Notes: generated by a model not told the origin, from the letters alone. Counted from the stretch's first letter, positions 28,154 through 38,260 are shown. The stretch is DNA of 64,000 nucleotides from Gynuella sp. (GCA_028282465.1 JANQHX010000007.1:1-64000); one strand, 5' to 3'. Numbers and translations are program-made.

Positions 28154-29917
28154 ATGAAAAATACAATAAAGCTTGCTGTGTTAAGCGCATTGTTCGTAAG
28201 TGCAGCTCACGCACAGGATTATCACGTCGCCAAAACCGGCGCAGACACTAATTCGGGCACAAAAGACGCTCCCTTCCTAACGATTCAAGCGGCAGTGGAT
28301 ATTGCTAAAGGCGGCGACACCGTGATTGTTCACGAAGGTACCTACAGAGAAACCGTAACCTTCAAACAGGGTGGAAAATCTGAAGATAACCGCCTGGTAT
28401 TAAAAGCTGCTGAAGGTAAAGACGTTACCATCAGTGGATCGGAAGTCGTTGAAAAATGGAAAAACAAAAAAGGTGTTTGGACCGCTAAAATTAAAAACAG
28501 CATTTTTGGTGACCAAGCCAATCCCTTTGGCACCCTGTTGAAATACCCTCGTCCAGTTTCTGTGGATTCAGTATTCAATCAAACTGGCTGGCAAACCTAT
28601 GGTCTAGAAGCTCACCGTGGTCAGGTAACCATCGACAATTACCCATTAGTTGAAGTGCTAACGAAAGAAGAAGTGAAAAGCACTCCCAATTCCTTTTTTG
28701 CGGATGTCAGTAAAAAGAGAACCACTATTACGGCCAACTTCGGTAATAAAGATCCTAACAAGCATCTAGTTGAAGTATTTGCTCGCATGCACGTTATCAC
28801 TGCTGATGCTTATGCGGCTAACTATGTCACCGTGTCAGGATTCAATTTACAGCACGCTGCCACTCACTGGGCACCACCTACGGTTTATCAACCTGGATTG
28901 ATTGAATCTAATGGTAGCGGTTACTGGATTATAGAAAACAACAAGATTTCTAATTCACGTGTTGTTTGTATCTCAATTGGTATTCCAGAAGACAGCAATC
29001 CAAACCCTCGTGCTATTAGTGGTAACCACATTATTCGCTACAACCACATTCAATACTGTGGCCAGGGCGGTATTGCTGGCCAAGCCTACGCCGATTACAC
29101 GCACATTCATAACAACATCATTGAAGACATCAACCCATACACAGAAATGGGTGGTTGGGAAACTGCTGGCATAAAAACCCATAACAATGACTTCACTATG
29201 ATCGAAAACAATCTGATCAAAAACGTCAAAACTATTGATCCAATCGGTGGTGCTGGTCACGGTATCTGGATTGATTATGAAAACACCAATGTGGTTATTC
29301 GCAATAACGTCATCATGGGCGCAGAGGGCTATCCAATCGAGTTAGAGGCCAACTGGGATGGTCCGTTCTTAGTTGCTAATAACGTTGTGGTAGGCGATGG
29401 TTGGGAACCAGTGTCTATTCAGTCTTCACGTAATGGAATTTGGGTTCACAATATTATTGTTGACGCTAGCATTAACTGGGTAAACCAAGACTACGGCGGC
29501 CGCCCTGTTGTAATGGGTGATCGTTGGTTCAATAACATCTTCATTGGTGATTCTGGTCTTGATGAAATGCTAATCGGTTCTGAAGATTATAAAATTGGAA
29601 ATAATTTATTCTTAGATGGCGCCAACCCATCACCAATCGAAGAAAATAGTGTTGAGTCTTCAACGCCTGCTAACTTTAAGGCCACACTTAAAAATGGCGT
29701 GATAAATGTAAGCTTCGACTTAGGAAAAGATGGTTTAGGTAAAGGCCTGCCTTTTGTCAACAATGCCTTCCATGGTCACCCTTTAATGTCAGCGGATAAA
29801 AATGATATTCCAGTGGATATGGACATTCTTGGAAACAAGCGAGGAAAGTCTCCTCAATGGGGGCCATTTGAAAATATTAAGGCTGGTACCAATAGCTTTG
29901 AATTATCGATTCAGTAA
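28154..29917 (+). CDS. Secreted right-handed parallel beta-helix (pectin-lyase-fold) protein, paralog A; possible polysaccharide lyase or hydrolase
   Basis: It has a signal peptide ('LAVLSALFVSAAHAQ') and the N-terminal 'YHVAKTGADTNSGTKDAPFLTIQAAVDIAKGGDTVIVHEGTYRETV' typical of the DUF1565/beta-helix N-cap. Repeated 'N.I.NN.I....' PbH1-like rungs follow. It is about 60% identical along its full length to 36462..38222. Confidence 0.8.
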   Translation: MKNTIKLAVLSALFVSAAHAQDYHVAKTGADTNSGTKDAPFLTIQAAVDIAKGGDTVIVHEGTYRETVTFKQGGKSEDNRLVLKAAEGKDVTISGSEVVEKWKNKKGVWTAKIKNSIFGDQANPFGTLLKYPRPVSVDSVFNQTGWQTYGLEAHRGQVTIDNYPLVEVLTKEEVKSTPNSFFADVSKKRTTITANFGNKDPNKHLVEVFARMHVITADAYAANYVTVSGFNLQHAATHWAPPTVYQPGLIESNGSGYWIIENNKISNSRVVCISIGIPEDSNPNPRAISGNHIIRYNHIQYCGQGGIAGQAYADYTHIHNNIIEDINPYTEMGGWETAGIKTHNNDFTMIENNLIKNVKTIDPIGGAGHGIWIDYENTNVVIRNNVIMGAEGYPIELEANWDGPFLVANNVVVGDGWEPVSIQSSRNGIWVHNIIVDASINWVNQDYGGRPVVMGDRWFNNIFIGDSGLDEMLIGSEDYKIGNNLFLDGANPSPIEENSVESSTPANFKATLKNGVINVSFDLGKDGLGKGLPFVNNAFHGHPLMSADKNDIPVDMDILGNKRGKSPQWGPFENIKAGTNSFELSIQ

Positions 29918-29937
29918 TTAAATCCAAAGTCTTAGAA

Positions 29938-29961
29938 AGAGCGCATCAGCGCTCTTTTTTA
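29938..29961 (+). terminator. Rho-independent terminator after beta-helix paralog A
   Basis: AGAGCGC-ATCA-GCGCTCT perfect 7-bp stem followed by TTTTTT. Confidence 0.75.
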
Positions 29962-30269
29962 ATAACTAAATAAAATCAGCGTACCTACCCAACTAAAAGT
30001 AAGATTGAAATCCCTTCAAAATTAATTGTCCCTATAATTCTTTATCACCATTCAATATCCCCTTCATAAGCTGCTATGACTGCATGAAACATGTGGTAAC
30101 AGAACAGAGTTATCAGATCATGTTAATAACTCGATGTGTAAGCTAAATTTCCATTCTGAGTTTATTGTAAATAGTCATAGTTTTCTTAACTAAGTTAAAT
30201 CGTAAAGCCTGAGAATAAAAACAGGCTTGTTAAACAGACACCTCTAATCAAATTAACAGCGAGCATCAT

Positions 30270-31481
30270 ATGGCAAAAATACTTCAGATTTCATTGCTAT
30301 CAATATGTCTTACATGGTGTTCATTCTCTTTTGGCATTTCGGCAGATGAGAGACTGGTACAGGCTATCATGTCTGAAAACATAGTCCGAATTCGAGTCTT
30401 ACTAAGGCAAGTAGATGACATAAACCAGGTTCGTCACAAAGGCCAAGATCTAGTTACATTCGCTATTAAAAACGGGAAAGACGAATCTGCAGAATTTTTA
30501 AAAAGCCAAGGCGCCAAAGTTCAAAAAACCAATTCAGTTAAGAAAAAACCAAAAACGGTTGCTACAAAAAAACCTAAAATCAATAAAGAAATAAATTGGA
30601 ATACTGCGTTATCTTCCATTGAAAACATCAAGAATGCACTGAGGCAAGGCGCCAGTCCTAATGCAGTATTTAATGGTGAGTCAGTACTTCACTACGCGGC
30701 GAACCGCGGGAGAGTAGGTGTTGCGAAAGAGCTCATCCTGAACGGGGCCAATCCAAATAAACTGGATAAAAATAAACGATCCATTCTTCATGCCTTTGCT
30801 CAGTCGCCGAGTCGAAGTGGTGTTGAGCTTGCGTTAGAGCAGGGTGTAAAAGAAAACCTCAAGGATTCTAAAGGTCATACCTATAAAACCTATCTATTAG
30901 CATCATCCCAAGGCCAAGTTATTTTCAACAGCTTGCGATTAAAAAACGCCTCCGAAGATGAAATGACTAGAGCGACCAAGTTAGCAGCAAATACTAAAGA
31001 CATTAAAGCTCTTAAAAACCTATTGGTTGTTAACAATGGCAAACACGACATAGACATTTCATCAGACCTATTAACTGCTGAAAATTTTGAAATTGCCCTT
31101 CTGTTAAATCGCTACGCAAGTGTTAGAGCGAAACGATTTTACCGGGGGAAAACTTTTTATCAGATGGTCACTAAAGACTTTAGTGTTGGATATTATTTGG
31201 TAACCATGGGAGCCGACCCAAAACCAAAGTCGTTCCTTGACGTTCAAAGACTGGCGGAACTGTGTAAAACCCAGGATATGATGCCCATGCTAGCAGCAGG
31301 TAAGATAATAGCTGACACTCCAATGACTGAGTTTGATCATGAAACCTTATTCGATTTCATGTCAACCAAATGTGAAGCCGAACAGAGCTTAAACATCACT
31401 GAAATAGCAGCTAAAAATGTTGTTAACTCAATGGTCATTTCAAACGAACTTGCACTCGAAATGGCACTAGGTGATCAGTAG
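30270..31481 (+). CDS. Secreted ankyrin-repeat protein with Lys/Pro-rich linker, paralog A
   Basis: It has a signal peptide, then a Lys/Pro-rich linker 'KKKPKTVATKKPKINK', then ankyrin repeats ('GESVLHYAANRGRVGVAKELILNGANPNKLDKNKRSILHAFAQ'). It is about 55% identical along its full length to 31830..33068. Confidence 0.8.
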   Translation: MAKILQISLLSICLTWCSFSFGISADERLVQAIMSENIVRIRVLLRQVDDINQVRHKGQDLVTFAIKNGKDESAEFLKSQGAKVQKTNSVKKKPKTVATKKPKINKEINWNTALSSIENIKNALRQGASPNAVFNGESVLHYAANRGRVGVAKELILNGANPNKLDKNKRSILHAFAQSPSRSGVELALEQGVKENLKDSKGHTYKTYLLASSQGQVIFNSLRLKNASEDEMTRATKLAANTKDIKALKNLLVVNNGKHDIDISSDLLTAENFEIALLLNRYASVRAKRFYRGKTFYQMVTKDFSVGYYLVTMGADPKPKSFLDVQRLAELCKTQDMMPMLAAGKIIADTPMTEFDHETLFDFMSTKCEAEQSLNITEIAAKNVVNSMVISNELALEMALGDQ

Positions 31482-31829
31482 TTTTAAAACTTAAACAAGT
31501 TAACATAAATAAAATTTATGCTAACTAAGCATTCAATAAAAAGCTTTTCTCTCTTGTGACAGGCTTTAACAAAGCAGGCACAGCAAATCATATTATTGTA
31601 TAATCTTCGACCATCAGTTAACTCAAAATAGTATATTGATTCTATTTTTATAGCTTAATTATCGAGTATAAAAATTCGAAACTTAAATTTCGTAACTTAA
31701 TATGGAATTTAGCTACTGAATTAGTTTTCATTTAAGTCGCGATAAAATTATTAAGACATTCGTTTCACTATACTCAATTTGAAATTTAGTTCTTGATCTA
31801 TAAAGTTTGTAAGGATTTGTGAGTAAAGC

Positions 31830-33068
31830 ATGGAAATTAAGAGAGTATCGTTGTTGGTGCTGACCCTCTTTTGCTGTTCATTGGTATTTGGAAATACAGT
31901 TGAAGAAAAGCTAGCAGAAGCCATTTTGTCTGAAAATATAGTAAGGATGAGAGTGTTGCTACGTCAGGTTAACGACATCAATCAACTTCGACATGAAGGG
32001 CAGGATCTGCTTACGTATGCCATAACAAATGGAAAAAAGGATGCGGCTGATTATTTGCGAAGCCAAGGTGCTGTTAGACAAAAGATTCAAAGGCCAATCC
32101 CAAAACCAAAAGTTGTAGTTAAAAAACCTGAGGTCTCGAAACCCAAGCCAAAGCCCAAACCTAAACTTAACTGGAACACCGCTTTAACATCAGCAAAGAA
32201 CGTTCGAAGCGCTTTAAACGATGGCGCAAACCCTAACGCTACTTTCAATGGTGAGTCAGTTCTACATTATGCTGCGAATCAGGGGCGAGCAAGTGTGGTT
32301 GATGTGCTGATTCAACGCGGTGCCAATAAAGATACAGTGGATAGTAACAATCGAACTGTATTGCATGTATTTGCACAATCCCTAAATGGTGATGGAATCA
32401 GAGTCTCACTAAAGCATGGTGTGAACTCAACCCTTTTAGACAATGCAGGTAATACCTATAAAACATATTTATTATCTAGCATCTCGGGGCAAACAATTTT
32501 TGACAACTTGCAACTGAACACGGCGACCATAGAAGAAATGAGGGGAGCAACAAGATTGTCAGCGGACGCACGAGATTTTAAAGCACTTAAAAACTTATTG
32601 ATTGCAGGCAAAGGCAATCATGGTATTGAAGTGACTTCGGAATTGTTAACATCAGAAAAAATTGAACTTGCGCTAACTCTTAATCGTTTTAGCGATGTAA
32701 AGCCTAAACAGTTTTATCCAGACAAGACGTTTTATCAAACTGTTCAAGAGAACTTTGAGTCAGGATATTACTTGGTTACGATGGGGGTCGATCCAATGCC
32801 AGCATCATTCGCAGACCTTCGCATTCTAGAAGAACTTTGTAAAACACAAGATGTCATGCCCATGTTAGCTGCTGGAGGAGTTACCGCTGCAACGCCTATG
32901 ACTAAGTTTTACCATAAAAATGTTTTTGAATTTATCTCCTCTAAATGCCAAACCAAACAAAGTATTGGCTTAACAGAGGCCGATGCAAAACAAAATATTA
33001 CTTCGATGATTATTTCAGAAGAAATGGCATCTATATTGGCAATCGGTGCGACTGCATTGACTAAATAA
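31830..33068 (+). CDS. Secreted ankyrin-repeat protein with Pro/Lys-repeat linker, paralog B
   Basis: It has a signal peptide, a 'PIPKPKVVVKKPEVSKPKPKPKPK' linker and ankyrin repeats ('GESVLHYAANQGRASVVDVLIQRGANKDTVDSNNRTVLHVFAQ'). It is a paralog of 30270..31481. Confidence 0.8.
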   Translation: MEIKRVSLLVLTLFCCSLVFGNTVEEKLAEAILSENIVRMRVLLRQVNDINQLRHEGQDLLTYAITNGKKDAADYLRSQGAVRQKIQRPIPKPKVVVKKPEVSKPKPKPKPKLNWNTALTSAKNVRSALNDGANPNATFNGESVLHYAANQGRASVVDVLIQRGANKDTVDSNNRTVLHVFAQSLNGDGIRVSLKHGVNSTLLDNAGNTYKTYLLSSISGQTIFDNLQLNTATIEEMRGATRLSADARDFKALKNLLIAGKGNHGIEVTSELLTSEKIELALTLNRFSDVKPKQFYPDKTFYQTVQENFESGYYLVTMGVDPMPASFADLRILEELCKTQDVMPMLAAGGVTAATPMTKFYHKNVFEFISSKCQTKQSIGLTEADAKQNITSMIISEEMASILAIGATALTK

Positions 33069-33094
33069 TCAACCCCGCCTTACGACTTTAAAGC

Positions 33095-33138
33095 ACCAAG
33101 GAGAATAATTCATATGCACAACTCTTCTTGGTGTTTTA
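33095..33138 (+). terminator. Rho-independent terminator after ankyrin paralog B
   Basis: CACCAAGGAGA ... TCTTCTTGGTG (11-bp stem with 1 mismatch and a long loop) followed by TTTT. Confidence 0.6.
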
Positions 33139-33534
33139 AACGCTTTATTTTTCTCAAGCTCACAACCTCTTAATAGAAAGATTTTTTTCAAAACAGATGT
33201 ACTTAACTGCACTCATTAAGCTAACTGTAAATTATATAGTTCAACTGTCAGCAATGAGACTATTGAATCATAATTAATTTTTTTCTAATTCAAACCAATC
33301 GAACACACTTCCCCTCTATAACTTTGAATATATTTTTATTCTTAAAGAGATTTTCTGCTGAATTATAGAATTACAATACAATGACCCACTGTTTAGTATC
33401 GAAACCCTGCTGGATCACCTACTCATACGTCATGTAATTTTAATGACAGTCACTTAGATTAAATCTTTTTACTAGAAAAAATTTATTTTCCTAAAAAAAA
33501 TATAAATGCTTGCAAGGATAGTACAGGAGAACCA

Positions 33535-36192
33535 ATGAAGTTCAGAACCACCTCAGTTAGTGCATTATTGTTATTGGGCACTACATTGTTAACAGGTTGT
33601 GGAGGGTCAGGAGACTCTAACTCAGCACCGAGCACCCAAAGTTTTTTAGATGTAACTATAAGATCAAATTGCGAAACAAGGCCAGAATATGTCTGGCTAG
33701 ATGACAAGTGTAGAATTGCCGATAACCCTTTTGTAGATAATCTAAACGCTATTGAAAAGCTGCCATCACAAGACCGAGCCAACCTAGTGGCTTATCTGGT
33801 GTCTACCGAAAAGTTTCAAAGCTTCGATAACATACTTCCCGGCTTTACTGGATCTACAAACACGGATGAACCCAATAACGATTCTTGGATCGATAACCGC
33901 TTACTAGCTGATAAATTAAATCAAGAGCTATTGGTCGAAGTAGGTGCGCAACAGGTGTTGCTAGACCAGTTAGTGACCGCCAGCACCAGCCAGACTTGGG
34001 TTCAAAGCGAAAGCACTACAGTAGAAATTAATGGTCAGTCAACGTCAAAGTCTGCAGAATTTTTATTGGATGATGGCACGCTTACCATCACCGTTATGGG
34101 CGAAGTAATTTATTCATTTACCCCAATAGAAGCCTTATCGCTGTCCGCTCATTTGGGGATGAACAGCACAACGGGATTTACTAACCACCCAGATCAAAGC
34201 AGGCCATTGTATTTAGAGGATACAAAAGACTTCGCAGTCTTTATACAACCTAACTTGCAAACGCTTATCCAAGAAACCTTAGCACCCACTGACGCCTCTA
34301 TAGCGTTAGTAAAGGACGCCCTTTCCCTTTCTCAACGCTTTACTGATGAGAACATCAGCATAACTCGGGGAACTATGCCAGCAGGCTTTAAAGTGACTCT
34401 GGATAACGGTGAAGGATATATACAAGGCTTTGGTCAAGCTGGGGGCACTAGCAATAATAATATTGACACATACTTGATTGCACCGAGAACGTTATTTGAA
34501 GACTCCATTGACACAGATATTGTCGGCACAATGGATTTTCAAATTTGGCTTAAGCCTAATCAGAAGGAAAATCTGGGCTTCACAGCGAACACTATATTAT
34601 CGGCCAATGGTACTCTAGATTATCAAGCAGATATTCAAGAAAACGACGCTTCAGAATTGTCTATTTCCTTTTCGCAATTGTTAGCAACCACGAGAGCAAC
34701 ACTAGACACACATTATAATATTGACGATGTCGACATCTTAGAAAACATTACCAATGTTTTCGTTGATGACTATTATGAAAAATCAGAGGCGTTAAGAAAC
34801 AGCGCTTATTTATCTGAGCTAAGTCCGGCCTATCAAGACGGATTTCCACAGGCGTACGACATCGTGCCTGTTTACAATCGACTGGTAGGTACTGAAAACT
34901 TTGCGACTCATATTATGGAAAATGACAGAGCATTTCCTTATTTTTTAACTAGAGCCATGCCAAATTATTCAGTTATTACATCTGAGGAAACCACAACCCC
35001 ATACAGGTATTATGACTTTGTGGTTGGTCGCTTTATCGCTAACACTCTCGCCTATGAGTTATCTCGGGATGACGCTGACTTTAAAGAAATTCTAGATCGT
35101 TGGACATTGGTATCTAACAACCTAGGGAATACTTATGCAGAGTTTTACAACAGTATCCTAGATCCCATCGAGTTAATCTTAGATGAACTGCCCAATGACT
35201 CCGTTGAACATTACTACGAAGCAGTGAGCGAACTTGCTGCGACCTTTGGTTATCGACATATTCCTTTGGCAAATAGTTCGTTAATCACTACCATTAATTC
35301 AGCTACTAACGCAGCTACGGCACCTTATGAAGAACCAGTTGTTGATAATCTTGAAGATCTAAGAAGTCTGGTAACATGGAATGGATTAGGTAGATTTTGG
35401 TCCATCAATGAAGAAGCTAATGAAAAGCTAGAAACAGTGCCGCAATTATTGACTGAGGAATTGAAAGCCACCTACCAAACACATGATGACGTTTCCGTTC
35501 TTTTTGATCTGCCTGTATATGCGTATAACTATATATTTTTAGAACCAGAAACTGCCCAAAGCCAAGTTGAGGCTAAAACGGTTGTATTAAATCGCGCAGT
35601 TGCAAACACCAATGCTCCGCATAGTGATATTGTGATACTCAACAATCACAATATTGGCCGGTGGAACATGATTAGCCGCGGTTATCATGAAAACTGGAAT
35701 GAACATGTGTACGCAGATGTACTGCAAATTTTAAGATATATGCCTCGAAGCACTTTTACGGGGGATCTCCAATGCACTGAAGGCAGTATGGCTGAAAAGT
35801 ATAACTGCGTACGCATGACCAGCCTGATGGCTCTGGATCGTTTTACTGTGGGAGACACTGGCTATTTAGAGAACGGCGACGGTGACAAGCCATTTATTAC
35901 TAAAGCAAATATCATTGAAGGCTGGATTGCAAAGCATGCTGAGATTATTTCATTAAACTCGTTAGACGCCTTCAATTGGGAAAATAGACAAATTAATTCA
36001 ATTAGAGAAGGTCACTGGCTCAGTTGTGACAATACTGAAATAAACCGTAGAATTGATCGGACAGATGAGCTGTTAGACGCGGCGCTTGATATTCTAAGAG
36101 TCAACCCAAATCCACTTTCTTTTACCGAAGAAGGCGAACAATATAATGAGTATCTTGATGAATATAAGGATTTGATGGAAGCCTGTATTTAG
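33535..36192 (+). CDS. Large (885 aa) lipoprotein of unknown function
   Basis: It has a lipoprotein signal ('LLTGCGGSGDSNSAPS'). Composition is soluble, acidic and Asn/Thr-rich. I recognise no catalytic motif. Confidence 0.75.
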   Translation: MKFRTTSVSALLLLGTTLLTGCGGSGDSNSAPSTQSFLDVTIRSNCETRPEYVWLDDKCRIADNPFVDNLNAIEKLPSQDRANLVAYLVSTEKFQSFDNILPGFTGSTNTDEPNNDSWIDNRLLADKLNQELLVEVGAQQVLLDQLVTASTSQTWVQSESTTVEINGQSTSKSAEFLLDDGTLTITVMGEVIYSFTPIEALSLSAHLGMNSTTGFTNHPDQSRPLYLEDTKDFAVFIQPNLQTLIQETLAPTDASIALVKDALSLSQRFTDENISITRGTMPAGFKVTLDNGEGYIQGFGQAGGTSNNNIDTYLIAPRTLFEDSIDTDIVGTMDFQIWLKPNQKENLGFTANTILSANGTLDYQADIQENDASELSISFSQLLATTRATLDTHYNIDDVDILENITNVFVDDYYEKSEALRNSAYLSELSPAYQDGFPQAYDIVPVYNRLVGTENFATHIMENDRAFPYFLTRAMPNYSVITSEETTTPYRYYDFVVGRFIANTLAYELSRDDADFKEILDRWTLVSNNLGNTYAEFYNSILDPIELILDELPNDSVEHYYEAVSELAATFGYRHIPLANSSLITTINSATNAATAPYEEPVVDNLEDLRSLVTWNGLGRFWSINEEANEKLETVPQLLTEELKATYQTHDDVSVLFDLPVYAYNYIFLEPETAQSQVEAKTVVLNRAVANTNAPHSDIVILNNHNIGRWNMISRGYHENWNEHVYADVLQILRYMPRSTFTGDLQCTEGSMAEKYNCVRMTSLMALDRFTVGDTGYLENGDGDKPFITKANIIEGWIAKHAEIISLNSLDAFNWENRQINSIREGHWLSCDNTEINRRIDRTDELLDAALDILRVNPNPLSFTEEGEQYNEYLDEYKDLMEACI

Positions 36193-36218
36193 GTTGTTGA
36201 ACCCTATTATTTGATTTC

Positions 36219-36246
36219 AGGGGTGCTAGCTTGCACCCCTTTTTTA
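36219..36246 (+). terminator. Rho-independent terminator after the 885-aa lipoprotein gene
   Basis: GGGGTGC-TAGCTT-GCACCCC perfect 7-bp stem followed by TTTTTT. Confidence 0.8.
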
Positions 36247-36461
36247 GACCTAATTTCTCTCATTCATAATTTCCAATTCACATCCCAGTGATAAACAGTC
36301 GATTATATTCATAAAGCCCATTCCACTATTTTTGAATTTTTAATCTGAATCATCTCGATAGTCTTTTTTGGCAATTTATTTCTTTGCAACTGGGCGCTCA
36401 TTGTTTTTACTGTCGACGTTAACTGTTAAGCTAAATCAAAAACAAGAATCGAGACCAGTGT

Positions 36462-38222
36462 ATGAAAACAATAAAAACCCTAATTTTATTGCTGTTGCTT
36501 GTCGGTCATGTTGCCCATGCTCAGATTTATTATGTTGCCAAAACCGGATCAGACAAAAACCCAGGCACCCAAACAGAACCCTTCCTAACCATTTCACAAG
36601 CCGCTAAAGCTGCGGGCGCTGGTGATACGGTTATTGTTCATGAAGGTGTATATCGTGAACAGGTAAATCTTACTAAAGGCGGTAAGTCTGAAGAAGAACG
36701 ATTGGTATTTAAAGCAGCTGATGGTGAGGATGTTGCCATTAAGGGTTCAGAGGTCGTTGATTTTTGGGAACAACAGGAAAGTCTATGGACGGTGAAGCTA
36801 AATAAGAAATTTTTCCCGAAAAAGTTTAATCCATATAAAAAATTAGTGAAGTACCCTCGAAATGTTTGGTGGGACAAAGAATATGGTGGCGTCGGCTGGC
36901 AAACTTATGGATACGAGGCCAACCGAGGCAACGTATTTATCAATGACCTTCCTTTAGTTCAGGTTTTTACCATTGAAGATGTAAAAAGCACCAAAAACTC
37001 TTGGTATGCAAAAGTAAAAGGTAAAAAGACCACTCTTCATGCGAACTTTGGCGAATTAAATCCTAACGAGGAACGCACAGAGGTTTTAGTTCGCGAAAAA
37101 GTATTCGCAGCAAAACCAGTAGGCAAGGTGGACTATGTAACTGTGTCAGGATTTACTCTTCATCACGCTGCAACTTATTGGGCGCCACCTACCGTTTATC
37201 AAACAGGTTTGGTTGAACCTCATGCCGGTGCACACTGGATTATTGAAAATAATGATATTGGTTTTTCAAGAGCAGCTTGTGTTTCTGTTGGTGTTCCTAA
37301 GGGAGATCCTGAAGAAGCTTGGGAAGGACGAGGGCATCATATTATTCGTAACAACAAAATCCATAACTGTGGCCAATCGGGAATTGCTGGTCAGTATTTC
37401 GCAGATTACAGTCATATTAGTGGCAACTGGATTGAGAATATCAATATATATACAGAGTTTGGCGGCTGGGAAACGGCGGGCATTAAGCTCCACCATAATA
37501 ATCACAGTGTTATCGAAAATAATTTTATAAGAAATATCTATACCATTGACCCGGTAGCTGGATCAGCCCATGGCATTTGGATTGATTATGAGAACTATCA
37601 TACCGTCATACGCAACAACATAGTCACCGATGTTGAAAGTCATCCACTGTTATTAGAAGCCAATTGGAATGGGCCATTTTTAATTGCTAATAATATTTTT
37701 ATAGGTACGCCTACAGCGATTTATTCATCCTTGAATCAGGTGTGGGCCCACAATCTTTTTGTAGATTCACCCTTATGGTGGACTAATCAAGGCTTTGGTG
37801 GTCGCCCGGCAATTGATAACGAATTTTGGGCGAACAATATTTTTATCGGACAGGGTGGTTTAGAAACTGCTAATAGCGATACCAAGATACCTAATATAGA
37901 AATGAATCATAACTTATATTTAGATGGTGCTCAGCCTCACGAAACTGAATCCTCCAGTGTGATTTCTGATACAGAATCTAAATTCAGTTTAACGGTCAAT
38001 GATTATTCTGTGGACGTCAGTATTCATCTTTCAGGAGATGATCTGTCAACTGACTTGAGAGTGATTGACCAAAGTCTTCATGGTATGCCGATTTATTATG
38101 GTGATGAATCAGAGGCTATTGTGGATACAGACTTTTTTGGAAACACTCGAAGCAAAACACCACAGTGGGGGCCATTTGAAGACTTAAAAGCTGGCAAAAA
38201 CTCTTATCAAATTAAGTTCTAA
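36462..38222 (+). CDS. Secreted right-handed parallel beta-helix protein, paralog B
   Basis: It has a signal peptide and 'IYYVAKTGSDKNPGTQTEPFLTISQAAKAAGAGDTVIVHEGVYREQV'. It is colinear with 28154..29917, sharing 'ATYWAPPTVYQTGL', 'GGWETAGIK', 'HGIWIDYEN' and the C-terminal 'PQWGPFE'. Confidence 0.8.
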   Translation: MKTIKTLILLLLLVGHVAHAQIYYVAKTGSDKNPGTQTEPFLTISQAAKAAGAGDTVIVHEGVYREQVNLTKGGKSEEERLVFKAADGEDVAIKGSEVVDFWEQQESLWTVKLNKKFFPKKFNPYKKLVKYPRNVWWDKEYGGVGWQTYGYEANRGNVFINDLPLVQVFTIEDVKSTKNSWYAKVKGKKTTLHANFGELNPNEERTEVLVREKVFAAKPVGKVDYVTVSGFTLHHAATYWAPPTVYQTGLVEPHAGAHWIIENNDIGFSRAACVSVGVPKGDPEEAWEGRGHHIIRNNKIHNCGQSGIAGQYFADYSHISGNWIENINIYTEFGGWETAGIKLHHNNHSVIENNFIRNIYTIDPVAGSAHGIWIDYENYHTVIRNNIVTDVESHPLLLEANWNGPFLIANNIFIGTPTAIYSSLNQVWAHNLFVDSPLWWTNQGFGGRPAIDNEFWANNIFIGQGGLETANSDTKIPNIEMNHNLYLDGAQPHETESSSVISDTESKFSLTVNDYSVDVSIHLSGDDLSTDLRVIDQSLHGMPIYYGDESEAIVDTDFFGNTRSKTPQWGPFEDLKAGKNSYQIKF

Positions 38223-38260
38223 ATAACTAATGGTTAGCGGTTAGAAAGCGGATTAGTAAA

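Noticed and set aside
29918-33534. Possible CRISPR, IS or integrase signatures in the long AT-rich intergenic regions of the island
   Set aside because: I looked for direct-repeat arrays, inverted terminal repeats and recombinase ORFs and found none. There are only terminator hairpins and A/T tracts. The island has no visible mobility genes in this window.
37213-37530. Short ORFs on both strands inside beta-helix paralog B
   Set aside because: They sit inside a gene with a full-length paralog match, in AT-rich Ile/Leu-rich frames typical of shadow ORFs.
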